DNA from: Octopus vulgaris
Lineage: Eukaryota
NCBI GenBank assembly: GCA_951406725.2
Contig: OX597818.1
Location: 43,958,001 to 44,022,000, forward strand
DNA length: 64,000 nucleotides
Reading direction: 5' to 3'
Position 1 is the stretch's first letter. Each line of letters starts with the position of its first letter. The position numbers were made by a program, and so were the translations under genes. The notes beneath the pieces were generated by a model. That model did not search any database. It saw nothing but the letters and a program-made list of their open reading frames with translations, and had not been told where the DNA came from. This document shows positions 1 to 13,702 of this stretch, piece by piece.

Positions 1-277
1 GTCTGTACTCTAATATCTGCAGGGGATAAAAAAGGAACATGGATATGGAGGGAGTTTTAAAAAGCTGGTGTTTAGCACAGGATCCCAGAAGGCAATATAT
101 AGTAGGAGTGTTGAGAAGAAGCACAGGTGTATCAGGTGGGTCTAATTAGAAGTGGCATGCAACTATTTCAGAAAAGCAGAAGCCATTGAAGCAGAAGTGG
201 CAGATAGATAAAGAGATAGATAAGTAGAAAGATAGAGATAGAAAGACTGATAGAAAGAACGATGGATAGAAAGAAAG

Positions 278-390
<113 letters not shown>

Positions 391-1610
391 AGTAAGTCAG
401 TGAGTTGGTGTTGAAGCATCAGCATCAGGGCCTATATTTTGGATGTGGTTATAAACATGTGTATATAAAAGCAGCACAAACCCAGATATGTGAGCACTCC
501 TCCAATGTAGATCTCACAGGAGCTAGTTTGTTAAAATACCTATTAACCCTAAAGAAGTGGAAACATATACAAGACAAAGTAACTAAGTACATATCTTAAA
601 ATTTTACAACTAACAGGTATACCTAGAAAATGCTGACATTTTGTAGCATGCTTTTTCTGTATATTAGAAAGGTATTTTGAATTACATGCACTTCAAATAT
701 TCCTGAAATCTCTTCTTGAATCTGTAGGGTATCTTTGACTGATACTACCAGTTTATTTTGATTCAGTTGAAGGCCTACAGTCAGGCCACCCAGTTATCTT
801 TTTAAAATAATTTATATTAGCGACCGCTAGGCAGAATTCCAAATTATCTTTCGAGGTTGACATTTCCTGTTATCTTATGTGCAGGTGCACAATCTCTGGT
901 ATTCTGAAAGCAAACTTTATTTTACTTCGTAAACTGCTCCAAAAATATGGTTCTGTTGATAAAATTTGGGGAAAATGTACATTCAAGCAATCCCAAATAT
1001 CTTTAAGAAATCTGCTGCTAACCAGGTCAAATATTCAGCTTATTCAAATCTTTTCGCAATATTGTAATACTCCCATTGTCATTCAGTCTAGAATATATTA
1101 CAGTCAAAGCAAAAAGATTGCAAATGTTTGAAATTAATGATGACATGTCATTTACATAAACCATGAATAAGATAGGCTGCAAATAAAACTAGTGATCCCT
1201 AGAGTATGCTCATTCTTATTTCCACCCATGATAAACATCTGCTGTCAACTCTAGCATTTTGCATTGTTGCAACAAAAATGTTACTGACCCATTTATGAAT
1301 GTTCTCTTGTACTTCTAAACTCTAAAACTTTGATAAATATTTCTGTGAAAAAGTAAGCTTTTTTAATCAACCATATATACAAAATTTTTCTTGAATTGTA
1401 CAGATTTTGAAACAAACTTTGTATGAAGTATTAAATCTAGCACTTCAATATGATTATAACTAGTCAGTCTGCTTAAATTTGTTCTATTTAAAGACACAAA
1501 GAGATTTCGGTTAAAGTTTTTATCAGTCTAAAGCTGCAGATGTTGATTGAAAGGTATGATGGCCAAAAGATGCTTACTGAGCCAAAGGTCATCAGCTCTA
1601 ACATATTGTT

Positions 1611-1975
1611 CTCTTTTACTTGTTTCAGTCATTTGACTGTGGCCATACTGGAGTACCACCTTTAGTCGAGCAAATAAACCCCAGGACTTATTCTTTGGAA
1701 GCCTAGTACTTATTCTATCGGCCTCTTTTGCTGAACTGCTAAGTTACGGGAATGTAAACACACCAGCATCGGTTGTCAAGTGATGTTGGGGGTACAAACA
1801 CAAAAACACACACACATACATATATGACGGGCTTCTTTCAGTTTCCAAATCCACTCACAAGGCTTTGGTCGGCCCAAGGCTATAGTAGAAGACACTTGCC
1901 CAAGGTGCCATGCAGTGGGAATGAACCCGGAACCATGTGGTTGGTAAGCAAGCTACTTGCCACACAGCCACTCCT
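1611..1975 (-). mobile_element. tRNA-derived SINE, family A (CORE-like segment, CR1-type tail)
   Basis: Reverse complement begins GGAGTGGCTGTGTGG (A box)...GGTTC (B box)...GGCACCTTGGGCAAGT and ends CAGTCAAATGACTGAAACAAGTAAAAGAG; more than 10 copies in the window. Confidence 0.9.
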
Positions 1976-2262
1976 GTGCTTATAATCACAATACTATACT
2001 TCTAATCAAAATACTATACTGTTCTAATCACAGTACTATACTTCCTTGTAAGTGGCTGATGATAGCCTCATTTGCAAGACAATTCCTTACTTCATTAATT
2101 CATGTAAATGTATAAATTTGCATAACCAAATACATGCTAGCATAAAAAATATTTAAATAGTTTAAAATCATTATGCATAAAATATGAATTTTGATTTGAT
2201 AATATTAATAATAATGTAAATTAAGAAAATTAGATTTAGATTGTCTGCATGTGTGTCTAACC

Positions 2263-2264
<2 letters not shown>

Positions 2265-2302
<38 letters not shown>
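2265..2302. repeat. (TG)n microsatellite
   Basis: Directly visible. Confidence 0.95.
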
Positions 2303-2303
<1 letters not shown>

Positions 2304-3300
2304 ATGTTTTTTTTTTTTACATAAGCTTGAGACTTAAAAAGAAAGAAAGAAAGAAAGTAGGAAATTTATAGATTTATAGATTCCTATGGGCATTAATAAA
2401 CAAATAAGTTCCAGCTGTGAATTGAAACAAGGTCAAAGACTTGGTTTGTTAAGAATCTACCACTGGTTGCCATGAAAACATACATACAATAATGAGAGAG
2501 ATATGACAAAAATGAAATGTTAAAATTAAAAAAAAAAACGTATAATAATAATAATAAATATTTGCATTTCGGATCTACTCAAAGTAGGATCTCACTATCA
2601 GATTTTTCTTAACTTTTTACATATTTCCATTTCTGGTTTTGGTACAAACAAACAAGGAATTCAAACTTTTAAATTTTCAAGTTTATAACTGTCACCCATT
2701 ATAATTGACTATCAGTTAATTCTGTAGTATAAAATTCACTAGTTAAAAGAACCATTTAGCTTCCTTGTTATTTATTCTCACAACTTCAATACTATATTTT
2801 CTCATGACAAACTATAACCAGCATATAAAAAGTGTCAGTCTTGTTATTCCAGAAGGTCCCCTGGGACAATGTTTATGAGATTCTGTTTTATTTAAAGTAA
2901 TAGATCCTTACTTCCTCCCTTATATAAGAATTGCAAATAGATTAAACAAAACTATGGCTGGCTGTAACAATATTTTGTATTTTAGAAGAAATCTTGTTTT
3001 GTAGATAAAAAGGAATGAAATTGTTTTGTTGATGAGAGAAACCAAACCAGGAATTTGATTAATGTACATGTATCTGATATCTTCTATAAAGGAACCCAAT
3101 CCTTTCTAACTTTGGCAAGAAGCATATATGAGGTAAAAATTAAATTCTAAAAAAAAAAATATGCTTAGGCATTCAAATTTGGCTGGCAATGTTTTTTTTT
3201 TTACATTGCCACTATTAAATATTTTCAACAAAATGTCTAAAATCCACAATATATTGTTTTATTCTCAAAATCTTGAAGTTCTTCTCAACTTAAAATTTAA

Positions 3301-3612
3301 CTGCCAGTGCCACCTGGCCGATTGCCAGTGCCACCTTGACTGGCTTCCGTGCCGGTGGCATGTAAAATGCACCAATCCGATTGTGGCCGTTGCCAGCCTC
3401 GCCTGGCACCTGTGCAGGTGGCATGTAAAAAGCACCCACTACACTCACGGAGTGGTTGGTGTTAGGAAGGGCATCCAGCTGTAGAAACTCTGCCAGATCA
3501 GACCGGAGCCTGGTGCAGCCTTCTGGCTTCCCAGATCCCTGGTTGAACCGTCCAACCCATGCTAGCATGGAGAACGGACGTTAAAATGATGATGATGATG
3601 ATGATGATGATG
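3301..3612 (+). mobile_element. SINE family B 3' part (GGTGGCAYGTAAAA modules, RTE-type tail, (GAT)n end)
   Basis: Repeated GGTGGCATGTAAAA..GCACC modules, then GGAAGGGCATCCAGCTGTAGAAAC...CCAACCCATGCTAGCATGG...(GAT)n; multicopy. Confidence 0.88.
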
Positions 3613-4200
3613 CTTCAAAACTTCATCCACTGAGGAGATAAAGAAGAGTAAGAAAGTGAAGAGTCTGGAAGAATACAATTCTGTATTATCAGGACAATAT
3701 TTTTGTTAGAGGCTCCTGCATTTGATAATGTGGAGAATACAGAGGAAGCTAACTGTTGGTTAATGCCTTGTGAGAACTGTTATAACTATACTGGAAAAAG
3801 TTAAAAACTAAGACTTTGCAGCATAGTTAAGGAGTTTAAGATACAGTTAAATGGAAACCTAGCTATCATACTTAATATAACATTCACTCTTATTTTAAAC
3901 AAACTTGCACAATAATGAAAAAAAAAAAAAAACAATACAAAAACATAAATATTAATGATAATTCTTGTCAAGAAAGGTAAGGGAGACAATTTTAAATTCA
4001 AATTTGAGTAAAAGTTGAATAGGGTCATGCAGTGGAAAATGACAATCCTGGACATGTTTTGTTCTTATTATTGATAGATATTTCCAAAAACTGAAATTAA
4101 GCATTTTTTAAAAGAATCTTCATTATTGAAGTCACTACAAAAGGATTCAAAACATCAAAACATGATTCAAAAGTAAGCTTTTAAATCAACCATAAATGTA

Positions 4201-5111
4201 TTGTGTTGAGTCAAAAGTTTTGCACTATTTCGGCAACTTATTTGCTTATGCGTCAAGTTACAACAAAAGCAGTCTAGAATTCAAAGAAGAGGCCATCATG
4301 TTGCATCGTCTGAAGCCATCTTTCTGCCCATTCTTTGATCCCATACTGATACCAGTTCTTGTCCTCTGAAGTGAAGAACTCCTTCACCAAAGCTTCCATC
4401 TCTACTTGGTTGAAGAAGCATTGTGAGCACAAGAAGTGGACCATGGATCAGAACAAGTAATAATCTGAGGGAGTTAGGCAGGCTATATGCTGGATGTAGC
4501 GTCAGTTCAATTCCATCAAGTTCCTGGAATCTATTCCAGGTTGTTTGAGTGGTATGAGGTCTTGAATTGTTTTGCTGCAGAAGAGTTTGCTTTCTATTAA
4601 ATGATGCTGGATATTTTTGCTGCAAAAATGCCCAGCATATATCTGCTCCGGCTGTACAGAACACAGGCTGGTATCAATGGTTTGACTTCCTAGAATAAAC
4701 TCTTAGAGAATTATGCCCTTATAATTCCACCAGATGCAAAACATCACCACATGTTTGAAACATCCATGTTTGGTGACAGGTTTTGGGATCCGGCTCTTAC
4801 TTAACCACTGTTTATGCATGTTAGGCTTGCAGAAAAATATCTCCCTCAGATTATTACTTTTTCTAATCTAATCCCTTCCTGCATTTATGATGTTTCATCA
4901 ACCAAGAAGAGGTGGAAGCTTCAGTGAAGGAGTTTTTCACATCAAAGGACAAGAACTGGTACTAGCATGGGATCAAAGAACTGGCAGAAAGGTGGCTTCA
5001 GATGGTGGAATACAATGGCCTCTGCTTTGAATCCTAGGTTGCTTTTGTTGTAACTTGATAAATAAAGCAAATAAGTTACCAAAATATTGTAAAACTTTTG
5101 ACTCAACACAA
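4201..5111. mobile_element. mariner-derived element made of two inverted 3' ends
   Basis: TIR TTGTGTTGAGTCAAAAGTTTT at 4201 and its complement ending at 5111; TA on the left. Minus-strand transposase remnant (LLQQNNSRPH, HPAYS, WNYKG); about 4201-4415 is the inverse of about 4891-5111. Confidence 0.85.
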
Positions 5112-5209
5112 TCCCAAACTTTCTTGAATTGTACAGACATTGGAACAAACTATGCATTAAATATTAAATCTAGCACTTCATCATTGTTATATCAAGTCAG
5201 TTTATTTAA

Positions 5210-5430
5210 CCCTTTAGTGTTCACATTATTCTGCCAAAATTAATGCTTCTTTATCCACATTGTTTTGAACTAATCATGCATTATCTTGTAGCTATGAGAT
5301 TTTGATGCGGTAGCTGTTCATTTTTAAGATGATATTGTAGGGTTGGTGTGAGAGACCAGATCTGGCTAGTTTGAACATAAAACAGGCAGAATACTTTTGG
5401 CTGGATATGGCCGGTTTAAATGCTAAAGGG
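5210..5430. mobile_element. piggyBac-type MITE (family 1)
   Basis: TTAA|CCCTTTAG...CTAAAGGG|TTAA; related copies at about 36730-36917 and 44305-44490. Confidence 0.8.
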
Positions 5431-6173
5431 TTAAAGACTCAAATTCTGGCCAAATTTTTCATCAGTCTAAATTTACTGATGTGGATGAAAGAAAGGCCAA
5501 TGACGGTCAAGGTGATGATTACAGAGCTAAAGGTCATCGACTACACACCCATCCTTATACTGACTCTTTTTCACTCACACCTACAAACAGATGTTTCTCT
5601 TGGCAATGATAAGGGGATTACCGTTTGATATGAAAAGGCAGCTTATATGCTGCATGTTAGACGTATGAAATGCAAGCAGCAGCAGAAATAAGAAAGAAAT
5701 GAATAAAGTATTATAATCTGTTACATGAGCCAGCTAATCTCAAATAGGCTGAGAGCAAGTTGTTAAATAGATGACGGTATACTAAAGATATTGGTCAATG
5801 TATGCAAGAGTGAAAAACTACCTTTTAAATAAAACAGAAAGAGCAAATGGAAATTAATCAAATGGCAGAGTATTTCAACAAGAGAGTTTATAACATATAT
5901 TTCAATATTTTATTGCCTACTTGAAAACTTGTTAAACTCGGCTACGTTCAAGTGAGTGTTGCTAATAAGTGCCATTAAAATATGGACTGATTCTAGTGTT
6001 TGACTATATGTTACTTCTTAATGGACATTATTACAGAATAAATTGTTAAATGATGGGAAAACTAAATCAAACATTCCAGACGAGCTGACAATGAACTTAC
6101 TGATACTTATTTTATCAATCCTGGAAGAATGAAAAACATATTTGGCCAAGTAGAATTTGAACACAAAATGTAA

Positions 6174-6578
6174 GGAGTGGCTGTGTGGTAAGTACCTTGC
6201 TAACCAACCACATGGTTCCGGGTTTAGTCCCACTGCGTGGCATCTTGGGCAAGTGTCTTCTGCTATAGCCCTGGGCCGACCAATGCCTTGTGAGTGGATT
6301 TGGTAGACGGAAACTGAAAGAAGCCTGTTGTATATATGTATGTATATATATATATGTGTGTGTGTGTATGTGTTTCTGTGTCTGTGTTTGTCCCCCTAGC
6401 ATTACTTGACAACCGATGCTGGTGTGTTTACGTCCCCGTCACTTAGCGGTTCAGCAAAAGAGACCGATAGAATAAGTACTGGGCTTACAAAGAATAAGTT
6501 CCGGGGTCGATATGCTCGACTAAAGGCGGTGCTCCAGCATGGCCGCAGTCAAATGACTGAAACAAGTAAAAGAGTAAA
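6174..6578 (+). mobile_element. SINE family A, full length
   Basis: A/B boxes, CORE-like GGCATCTTGGGCAAGT, internal (TA)/(TG) tract, AAGTAAAAGAG tail. Confidence 0.92.
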
Positions 6579-7284
6579 CAAAATTCAATACTGTACGACT
6601 TTTAGTTTGGAGCTCTATGATTTCTTTCATTACAGAATCCTGTACAGAGGAATTGAGAAATTTGTATGCTCAAAAGCCACAAACATAAATCTTTAAAAAA
6701 AATATTTTAAAGACAATGGCATATTTTGTTGTATGAGCTTGCTAATGTTGACTTTACCTTTCATCGCTTCAAGATCGTTAAAATAAGTAACAGTCAACTA
6801 ATAAGTTTCCAGTCTAAAAAGATTACAGAATAGATTACTGGTTAATATAAGGCAAGCGTCGCTGAATAAACTGATATGTAAGACAAGTAGTTGTTTTTTT
6901 TTTATATAAATTTAGTAGGGGAGAAAAGTATATTTATATATGAGATTTGGAAATAAGGACTAGTTTTGTCCTAGGTATTTAAGAAAAAAAAAAAAAAAAG
7001 AAGGAAACCAGAAAAGAGGAAAATGAATAAATTCCTGATGGAAATCAGATATCACAAATATAGTTTTGGTGTGGCAATGAACTTGAATTTGCTCTTATAA
7101 GAAACATGACAGATTTAAATGGTTTATATTCATGAAATGATATGTAACAACAAAATCCAAAACAAAAAGACAAAGATTAGTAAGATTATTTCTTAGTTAA
7201 TTATTTACCTAAATTATTTTAATATTTTTAAGGAAAAAAAACCCCTAGATAAATTAATTTCGAAAACTAGATACACAGCCTTCT

Positions 7285-7662
7285 TTTATCTTCTTTAAAC
7301 TGTTTCAGGCACTGGACCATGGCCATTCTGGAGCACTGTCTTGAAAGGTTTAGTTGAATAAATCGACCTTAGTACTTATCTTTTTAAGTTTTATACTTCT
7401 TCCTATTCTATCAGTCTTTTTTGTTGAATTGCAAAGTTACAGACATGCAAACACACAAACCAGTTTGTCTCCCATTACTGCTTGACAGTAATGGAAGACA
7501 AACACAAACATATATATGATAGGCAACCATAGTTTCCATCTGCCATATCCACTCACAAGGCATTGGTTGGGCCACGGTTATCATAGAAGACACTTATCCA
7601 AGGTGTCATGAATCTGAAACAATGTGATGGCAAAGCAAGCTTCTAAACTACACAGCCATGCC
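7285..7662 (-). mobile_element. SINE family A, diverged copy
   Basis: Degenerate head (CACAGCCATGCC) and tail (CTTTTATCTT...GGAGCAC). Confidence 0.75.
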
Positions 7663-7807
7663 AATATAAATTTTAACAAAGAACATTTTAAACAAAACAA
7701 AACAAAGGCTCAATGAAATAAGTACCAGTGAAGTAGTGAGGTTTACACCTGACCCAATATATTTGTGGCCTGGACACAATGCTAGATATCAATACATCTT
7801 ATAGATA

Positions 7808-8022
7808 TAAGGTGACGAGCTGGCAGAATTGTTAGCACGCCGGGCAAAATGCCCACTGGCATTTCATCCATCTTTATGTTCTGAGTTCAAATTCATCCAG
7901 GGTTGACTTTGTCTTTCATCCTTTCAGGGTTGGTAAAATAAGTACCAGCTGAGCCCTGGAGTCAATGTAATTGACTAACTCCCTCTCCTGAAACTTGCTG
8001 GCTCCATGCCAAAATTTGAAAT
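7808..8022 (+). mobile_element. SINE family C (Deu/Nin-like central domain)
   Basis: AAGGTGACGAGCTGGCAGAA head and CTTTCATCCTTTCAGGGTTGGTAAAATAAGTACCAG core, shared with 30447-30680. Confidence 0.8.
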
Positions 8023-8145
8023 TAATATATCTTGTAGACAGAAATGTAAATTTATAATCTTTGAGGGGATGGAGGAAAAAAGAATCAATGAAAGAGAGGT
8101 TGTGTGATGGGAGGGGAGTGGGGGGTGATGAGTGAGTATAATTAA

Positions 8146-8357
8146 CCCTTTCGCTACCAACCTGGCTGAAACCGGCTCTGGCCCTGTAGTACAAATGTCT
8201 TGTTTTCATAAATTTTGAATTAAAATCTTCCACCAAACCTTAGTCGCAATTAATGTTCCTAACACTAGCTGAATGATAACAGAGTTATTTTACTAAATTC
8301 TTTGTTACATCAAAAAGAAACACAGAGCATCTCAAAATAAATACAGTAACGAAAGGG
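8146..8357. mobile_element. piggyBac-type MITE (family 2)
   Basis: TTAA|CCCTTTCGCTAC...GTAACGAAAGGG|TTAA; related copy at about 25960-26176. Confidence 0.82.
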
Positions 8358-8519
8358 TTAAGAGAGAGGTAGCAGTAGACAGTAACAGGATGGTTTGTGA
8401 CAGGGAGATTCAATATGAACATAATGGGTGAGAGAGACCCAAATATAGACTTACAATCTCTATTAATTACTAATGTCCTTTTTTTGTGTGTCTGTTTCTC
8501 ATAAATTCATGTGCTGGGT

Positions 8520-8990
8520 GAGTATTCTTCAGTACAGCAGTCTATTTCTTGCCACAGCCCTCTGTCATTCCTGTCATGAGATTCAGACTCTTGTGACCTG
8601 ACTTAATCATTTCCTCCCATGATTTCCTCAAATAAATACTCTCCCTCCCCCACATGTTCCTTCCATATGGAATGCTTAGGACTTCTTTGTATAACCAACA
8701 TCCCGCATGTCTTCTCTATTGCACTCTACATCTGATTCCTCTTGTCTTCAGTTTTCCTTTCAGCTCATTGTGCTTTGTCATTCATACACACCAATGTTAC
8801 ACGTCTATCAAAGCATACTTGCTTCACTTCTTTCCAGCTTTCACAAATCCTCTGCATTCAGGGGCCATGTCCTACTACCATGCAACATCACAGTCAGTGT
8901 ACAAAGATCATACAATCTTATTTCACTCTGAGACAGAAGCACTTTGTTGACAGCAGAAAGAATAAGCACCCTGAACACCTCATTCTTACT
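8520..8990 (-). mobile_element. decayed RTE-clade LINE, ORF C-terminal fragment
   Basis: Minus-strand translation gives VMLHGSRTWPLNAEDL*KLERSEASML, typical of the post-RT region of RTE elements; contains stops and frameshifts. Confidence 0.7.
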
Positions 8991-9068
8991 CTGGCAACTA
9001 TGTCTTCAGAATACTTTCCATAACAGCTAGTAAGATTATTTGAGGTAACAAAGTGATCAATTACTTCA

Positions 9069-9231
9069 GGAGTGGCTGTGTGGTAAGTAGCTTGCTTATT
9101 AACCACATGGTTGCGGGTTCAGTCCCACTGCGTGGCACCTTAGGCAAGTGTCATCTACTATAGCCTCAGCCCGACCAAAGCCTTGTGAGTGGATTTGATA
9201 GATGGAAACTGAAAGAAACCCATCATATATA

Positions 9232-9310
<79 letters not shown>

Positions 9311-9470
9311 TCCCAACATTGCTTGACAATCGATGCTGGTGTGTTTAGGTCCCCGTAACTTTGCGGTTCGGCAAAAGAGATCGATAGAATAAGTCCTGGG
9401 GTCGAGTTGCTCAACTAAAGGTGGTGCTCCAGCATGGCGGCAGTCAAATGACTGAAACAAGTAAAAGAGT
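9069..9470 (+). mobile_element. SINE family A
   Basis: Full head, expanded (TA)n(TG)n tract, tail. Confidence 0.9.
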
Positions 9471-9944
9471 AGACATTTTTGGGTTATGAAAATAAATCTA
9501 TTCCATGTGTACTTCTCTTATTGCTAACTGGCCCCTGTGAATCTACAACATATGACTGTGATCCCACTATACTTCTTGTCCATCCACAAGTTTACAATGG
9601 GCACGTTGTACAAGTGTATTGTATATATATATATCTTTTATCTTTATTTCACTCATTGGACTGCATCCATGCTGGGGTGCCACCTTGAGAATAAATGTCA
9701 AACCTATGTGCACATGCACACACAGACACATATATGCATCACACACACACACACACACACACACACATGGGCAAGCTTCTGCACCATTTTTGTCTACAAC
9801 ATTCTTCTCACAAGACAATGCCCAACCTTAAACTACAACAGACAACGCTTGCCCAATATGTTGTAGAGTGGGATCAAACATGGAACCACAGGTTGCAATG
9901 TGAAATTTTGAACCTCAGAGACATTCTTATATGCACATGTGCGT

Positions 9945-10136
9945 AGGAGTGGCTGTGTGGTTAGTAGCTTGCTTACGAACCACATGGTTCCGGGTTCAGT
10001 CCCACTGCGTAGCACCTTGGGCAAGTGTCTTCTACTATAGCCTCAGGCCGATCAAAGCCTTGTGAGTAGATTTGGTAGACGGAAACTGAAAGAAGCCCGT
10101 CATATACATGTATCATCATCATCATCATCGTTTAGC

Positions 10137-10194
<58 letters not shown>

Positions 10195-10413
10195 GTATAT
10201 GTTTGTGTGTCTGTGTTTGTTCCCCCAACAACGCTTGACAACCGATGATGGTGTGTTTACGTCCCCATATCTTAGCAGTTCGGCAAAAGAGACCGATAGA
10301 ATAAGTACTGGGCTTACATAAGAATAAGTCTTGGGGTCGAATTGCTCGACTAAAAGGTGGTGCTCCAGCATGGCCACAGTCAAATGATTGAAACAAGTAA
10401 AAGAGAAAAGAGT
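9945..10413 (+). mobile_element. SINE family A
   Basis: Full head and tail; internal (CAT)n and (TA)n tracts. Confidence 0.9.
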
Positions 10414-10529
10414 ATGTGCATGCACACACACACACAATGGGTAGATGATGATAAAACACCAGACAATATAGCCTGAGGTATTTGGTTATGGCCTGCATCC
10501 CTCTCCAGTTGAGCGTTCCTCATCTTGTG

Positions 10530-10726
10530 AGCTCATGGGTGCCAGTGTCATGTAAAAAGCACCTGTGGCAGTGCTGAGTAAATGCACCCAGTACACTCTG
10601 TAAAGTGGTTGGTGTTAGGAAGGGCGTCCAGCCATGGAGCCTGGGCAGCTCTTCAGCTGACCAGCTCCTGTCAAACCCTCCAACCCATGCCAGCATGGAA
10701 AACAGACATTAAATGATGATGATGAT
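10530..10726 (+). mobile_element. SINE family B, diverged 3' part
   Basis: TGTAAAAAGCACC module, GGAAGGGCGTCCAG, (GAT)n tail. Confidence 0.75.
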
Positions 10727-11424
10727 CCCTTTCCCATCTGAATCCAAATCCTGTGTACATTCAATCTGAGCTTTTGTCCTTCCGAAGTCCCTAAAAAAAC
10801 TACTGGGGTCGATATACTTAACACCACTCTTGAAGGCAGTGCCTCAGAATAGCCCCAGCCCAATGACTGAGAATAGCAAAGACACATACGCAAGCTTACA
10901 TACTGAGCCAATGAGAGAAGCCTTTGTGTTCACTTAACCTGCTAGGAAAAGCAACTAAATCTCACTCAAATTAAATCCTACTGCCTAAATAGAAGGACAC
11001 ATTGGATAATGTAGTCTTAGACACACCATGTCCGAAAAGAGAAGCGATCCTGACAAGACTGCCTTTATTTACAGGTGTGCACAATTAGAGTTGACTTGAT
11101 ATTCAGCAGCAGCTCAAGTATACATATCTATATACACAAAAACACAATGTCTTTCCATAAACATTTAAGAAATAGGAATAATATAATGTGGAAGTAAATG
11201 GGAATCAACAGGAAAGAGCGCCAGGAAATACTCACAGGAAATATATTATTTGCTAATAGCAATTGAAACCGGATAAGGGAAACAATGACGAGTATATATT
11301 AGTTGAGGTTAGACATGATGTCAGATTATAACAATGATTCTTCACTTTTCATATCCATACGTATAGACATGCCAGAAGTAAATAGACACCCCATAAAACA
11401 TTGTTTTCAACATCAATGGAAATT

Positions 11425-11755
11425 GTAGCTGTGATACCAGTGCCGGTGGCATGTAAGAGAACCATCCTAACGTGGCTGTTGCCAGTGCCACCCCGACTGG
11501 CCTCCGTGCTGGTGGCACGTAAAAAGCACCACCCGATTTGGCCGTTGCCAGCCTCGTCTGGCACCTGTGCAGGTGGCACGTAAAAAGCACCCACTACACT
11601 CATGGAATGGTTGGCGTTAGGAAGGGCATCCAGCTGTAGAAACACTGCCAGATCAGACTGGGCCTGGCGCAGCCTTCTGGCTTCCCAGACCCCAGTTGAA
11701 CCGTCCAACCCATGCTAGCATGGAAGATGGACGTAAAAAGATGATGATGATGATG
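11425..11755 (+). mobile_element. SINE family B 3' part
   Basis: Three GGTGGCAYGTAA modules, family tail, (GAT)n. Confidence 0.88.
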
Positions 11756-11826
11756 TAATGGTTTATATATTTTTTTTTATTAATTGACATTTTGGTGTTT
11801 CAGGTCCTATATGTGACTGTTTAATC

Positions 11827-12915
11827 ATGCCATGCACAAAAGAAACCTTGGAACTGTCTTAATTTCAAAGAGGCCGTATTGTGGGCCATTCTAAAGGTGG
11901 ACACAGTCAGCGTAAAATTGCAGAAAACCTTGGGGATCCTACTTTCTACAGTCAATAGAGTGATTGTGCAATTCACCAGAGAAGGGAAGGAGTCTACATT
12001 ACCTCATTCAAATCAACCAGGGCCCTTTGATAGGACCCTTCTCTTTGTTAAGAGAAGTGTGAAGGATAATCCTTGTTGCAAGGCCTCTGACATAGCAGAA
12101 CAAGTTGATGTTAGTCCCAGAACAGCTGTCAGGTATCTCCACAAACTTGGTTACTATGGCAGAGGAGCAAGAAGGAAGCCACTTCTTTGACCAGCCAATA
12201 TCAAGTGGAGAAAAGATTGGGTTAGTGAGATGGTGGAGAGGCCACTAGCATTTTGGGACATTGCCATATTCTCTGATGAGCCCAGATTTGCTGTATTTCC
12301 TGACAGTGGTCGAGTGTGGGTTTGGAGACTCAGTGATCAAGAATTTGATGTGAAAAGATTGCAGCCAACAATGCAACAGTTAGTTATTTTGTGATGGTTT
12401 AGGGAGCAATTTGGAGCAATGGTTGATTAGACCTGGCGAAGTGTGAGGGAAACATAAACTCAGATAAATATGTGTCCATATTACAGAAAGGACTCCTTCC
12501 AATCTCCAGTGGTGAAATGATTAAAAAAGGCTCTTTATTTATGAAAGATGGGGCTCCTTGTCATATGGCTAAAATGACCCAAGATTTGTTGGATGAGAAT
12601 GGCATTAAAAAGCTTCCATGGCCAAGCCAGTCACCAGATATGAACCCTACTGAAAAGGACAATTCATAAAGAGAACAAGAAAGCATCTTCAAAGCCAGAT
12701 CTTTTGAAATTACTGCATGAAACTTGGCAAGAAATTTCACAAGAGAATATTCATCATCTGATCAGTAACATGCCTGATAGGGTCCTTGTATTAAAAAATG
12801 CAAAGGGCATGTCTACTAAATATTCACATTATAACAATTAATAAGTAATTTGAATGTATAATTTCAGATTTAAATAAATTTTAATGATTATAAGGGTGTC
12901 TACTTCTGTCATATC
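11827..12915 (+). mobile_element. Tc1-like (DD34E) transposon, degenerate transposase
   Basis: ATG at 11827 ([19 protein letters not shown]), HTH region with ARRKPLL, FSDEPRF, FMKDGAPCH, LPWPSQSPDMNPTE; stops and frameshifts; 5' TIR not seen. Confidence 0.9.
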
Positions 12916-13379
12916 TATATATATGTATGTTTGTATACACACGCACACATAGTTTTTTCTTTTTACTTTTGTTTCAATCATTGAACTATGGCCAAGCCAG
13001 ACACTGTCACAAAGGGTTTAGTCAAACAAATTGACCTCAGAATTTATTTTTTAAGCCTGTTATTTATTGTCAGTTTCTTTTGTTGAACTGCTAAGTCATG
13101 GGAACATAGACAAATGAGAACACCTGTTAAATGGTGGCAGTGGGGCAAACTCAAACACATGTATCAGCTGTCTACACAATCTCTCTTTACTAAATTCATA
13201 CATGCTCAAGGTACTGCACGTGGCACTGAACCGGAAACCCTGAAGTTGGAAAGCAAGCTTCTTAGTGATACAATTATGCTTGGATTATATTTAAAACAAC
13301 CTTGAGCTAAATTTGTATGAAAAAGAAACGAAGAAATATTTCTAAAATTATAAATTTTCTAAATTTAGGTAGGGGAGCG

Positions 13380-13702
13380 TTGAAAGGGATCTCAGGGAGT
13401 AGTGTCCCTGCCTTCCTGAGCTAGTTTACCAACACATTTCTTAAAAATCATGGTAGAGGCCTTGATGTCGGGACCACTCATGTCTAGTAACTGAGGTTGT
13501 GGGTAAGCAAGGGCATGCTCTTTGTAGAAAATCCAGCTCCAAAAAACCTTCATGATAGCAAAGGAATATGGGCACCAGCCAGCCCAAAGGTTGGGGTGGG
13601 CTGCACCTGCCTACCTCTGTTGCTATGGCTTTGAGGTAGATCTGGCCACCCCCGTTAATGGGGACAAAACCCGGATTTAAAACACTGGATGATGATGAAG
13701 AT
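13380..13702 (+). mobile_element. GC-richer retroposon fragment with (GAT)n tail
   Basis: GCAAGGGCATGCTCTTTGTAGAAAA resembles the family B motif; ends GATGATGATGAAGAT; single copy in this window. Confidence 0.55.

Noticed and set aside
877-1131. 84-aa plus-strand ORF
   Set aside because: No domain similarity recognised and no consistent exon structure.
4078-4172. Possible plus-strand exon IFPKTEIKHFLKESSLLKSLQKDSKHQNMIQK (AG...GTAAGC)
   Set aside because: No recognisable homology or partner exons; an open frame of this length is expected by chance.
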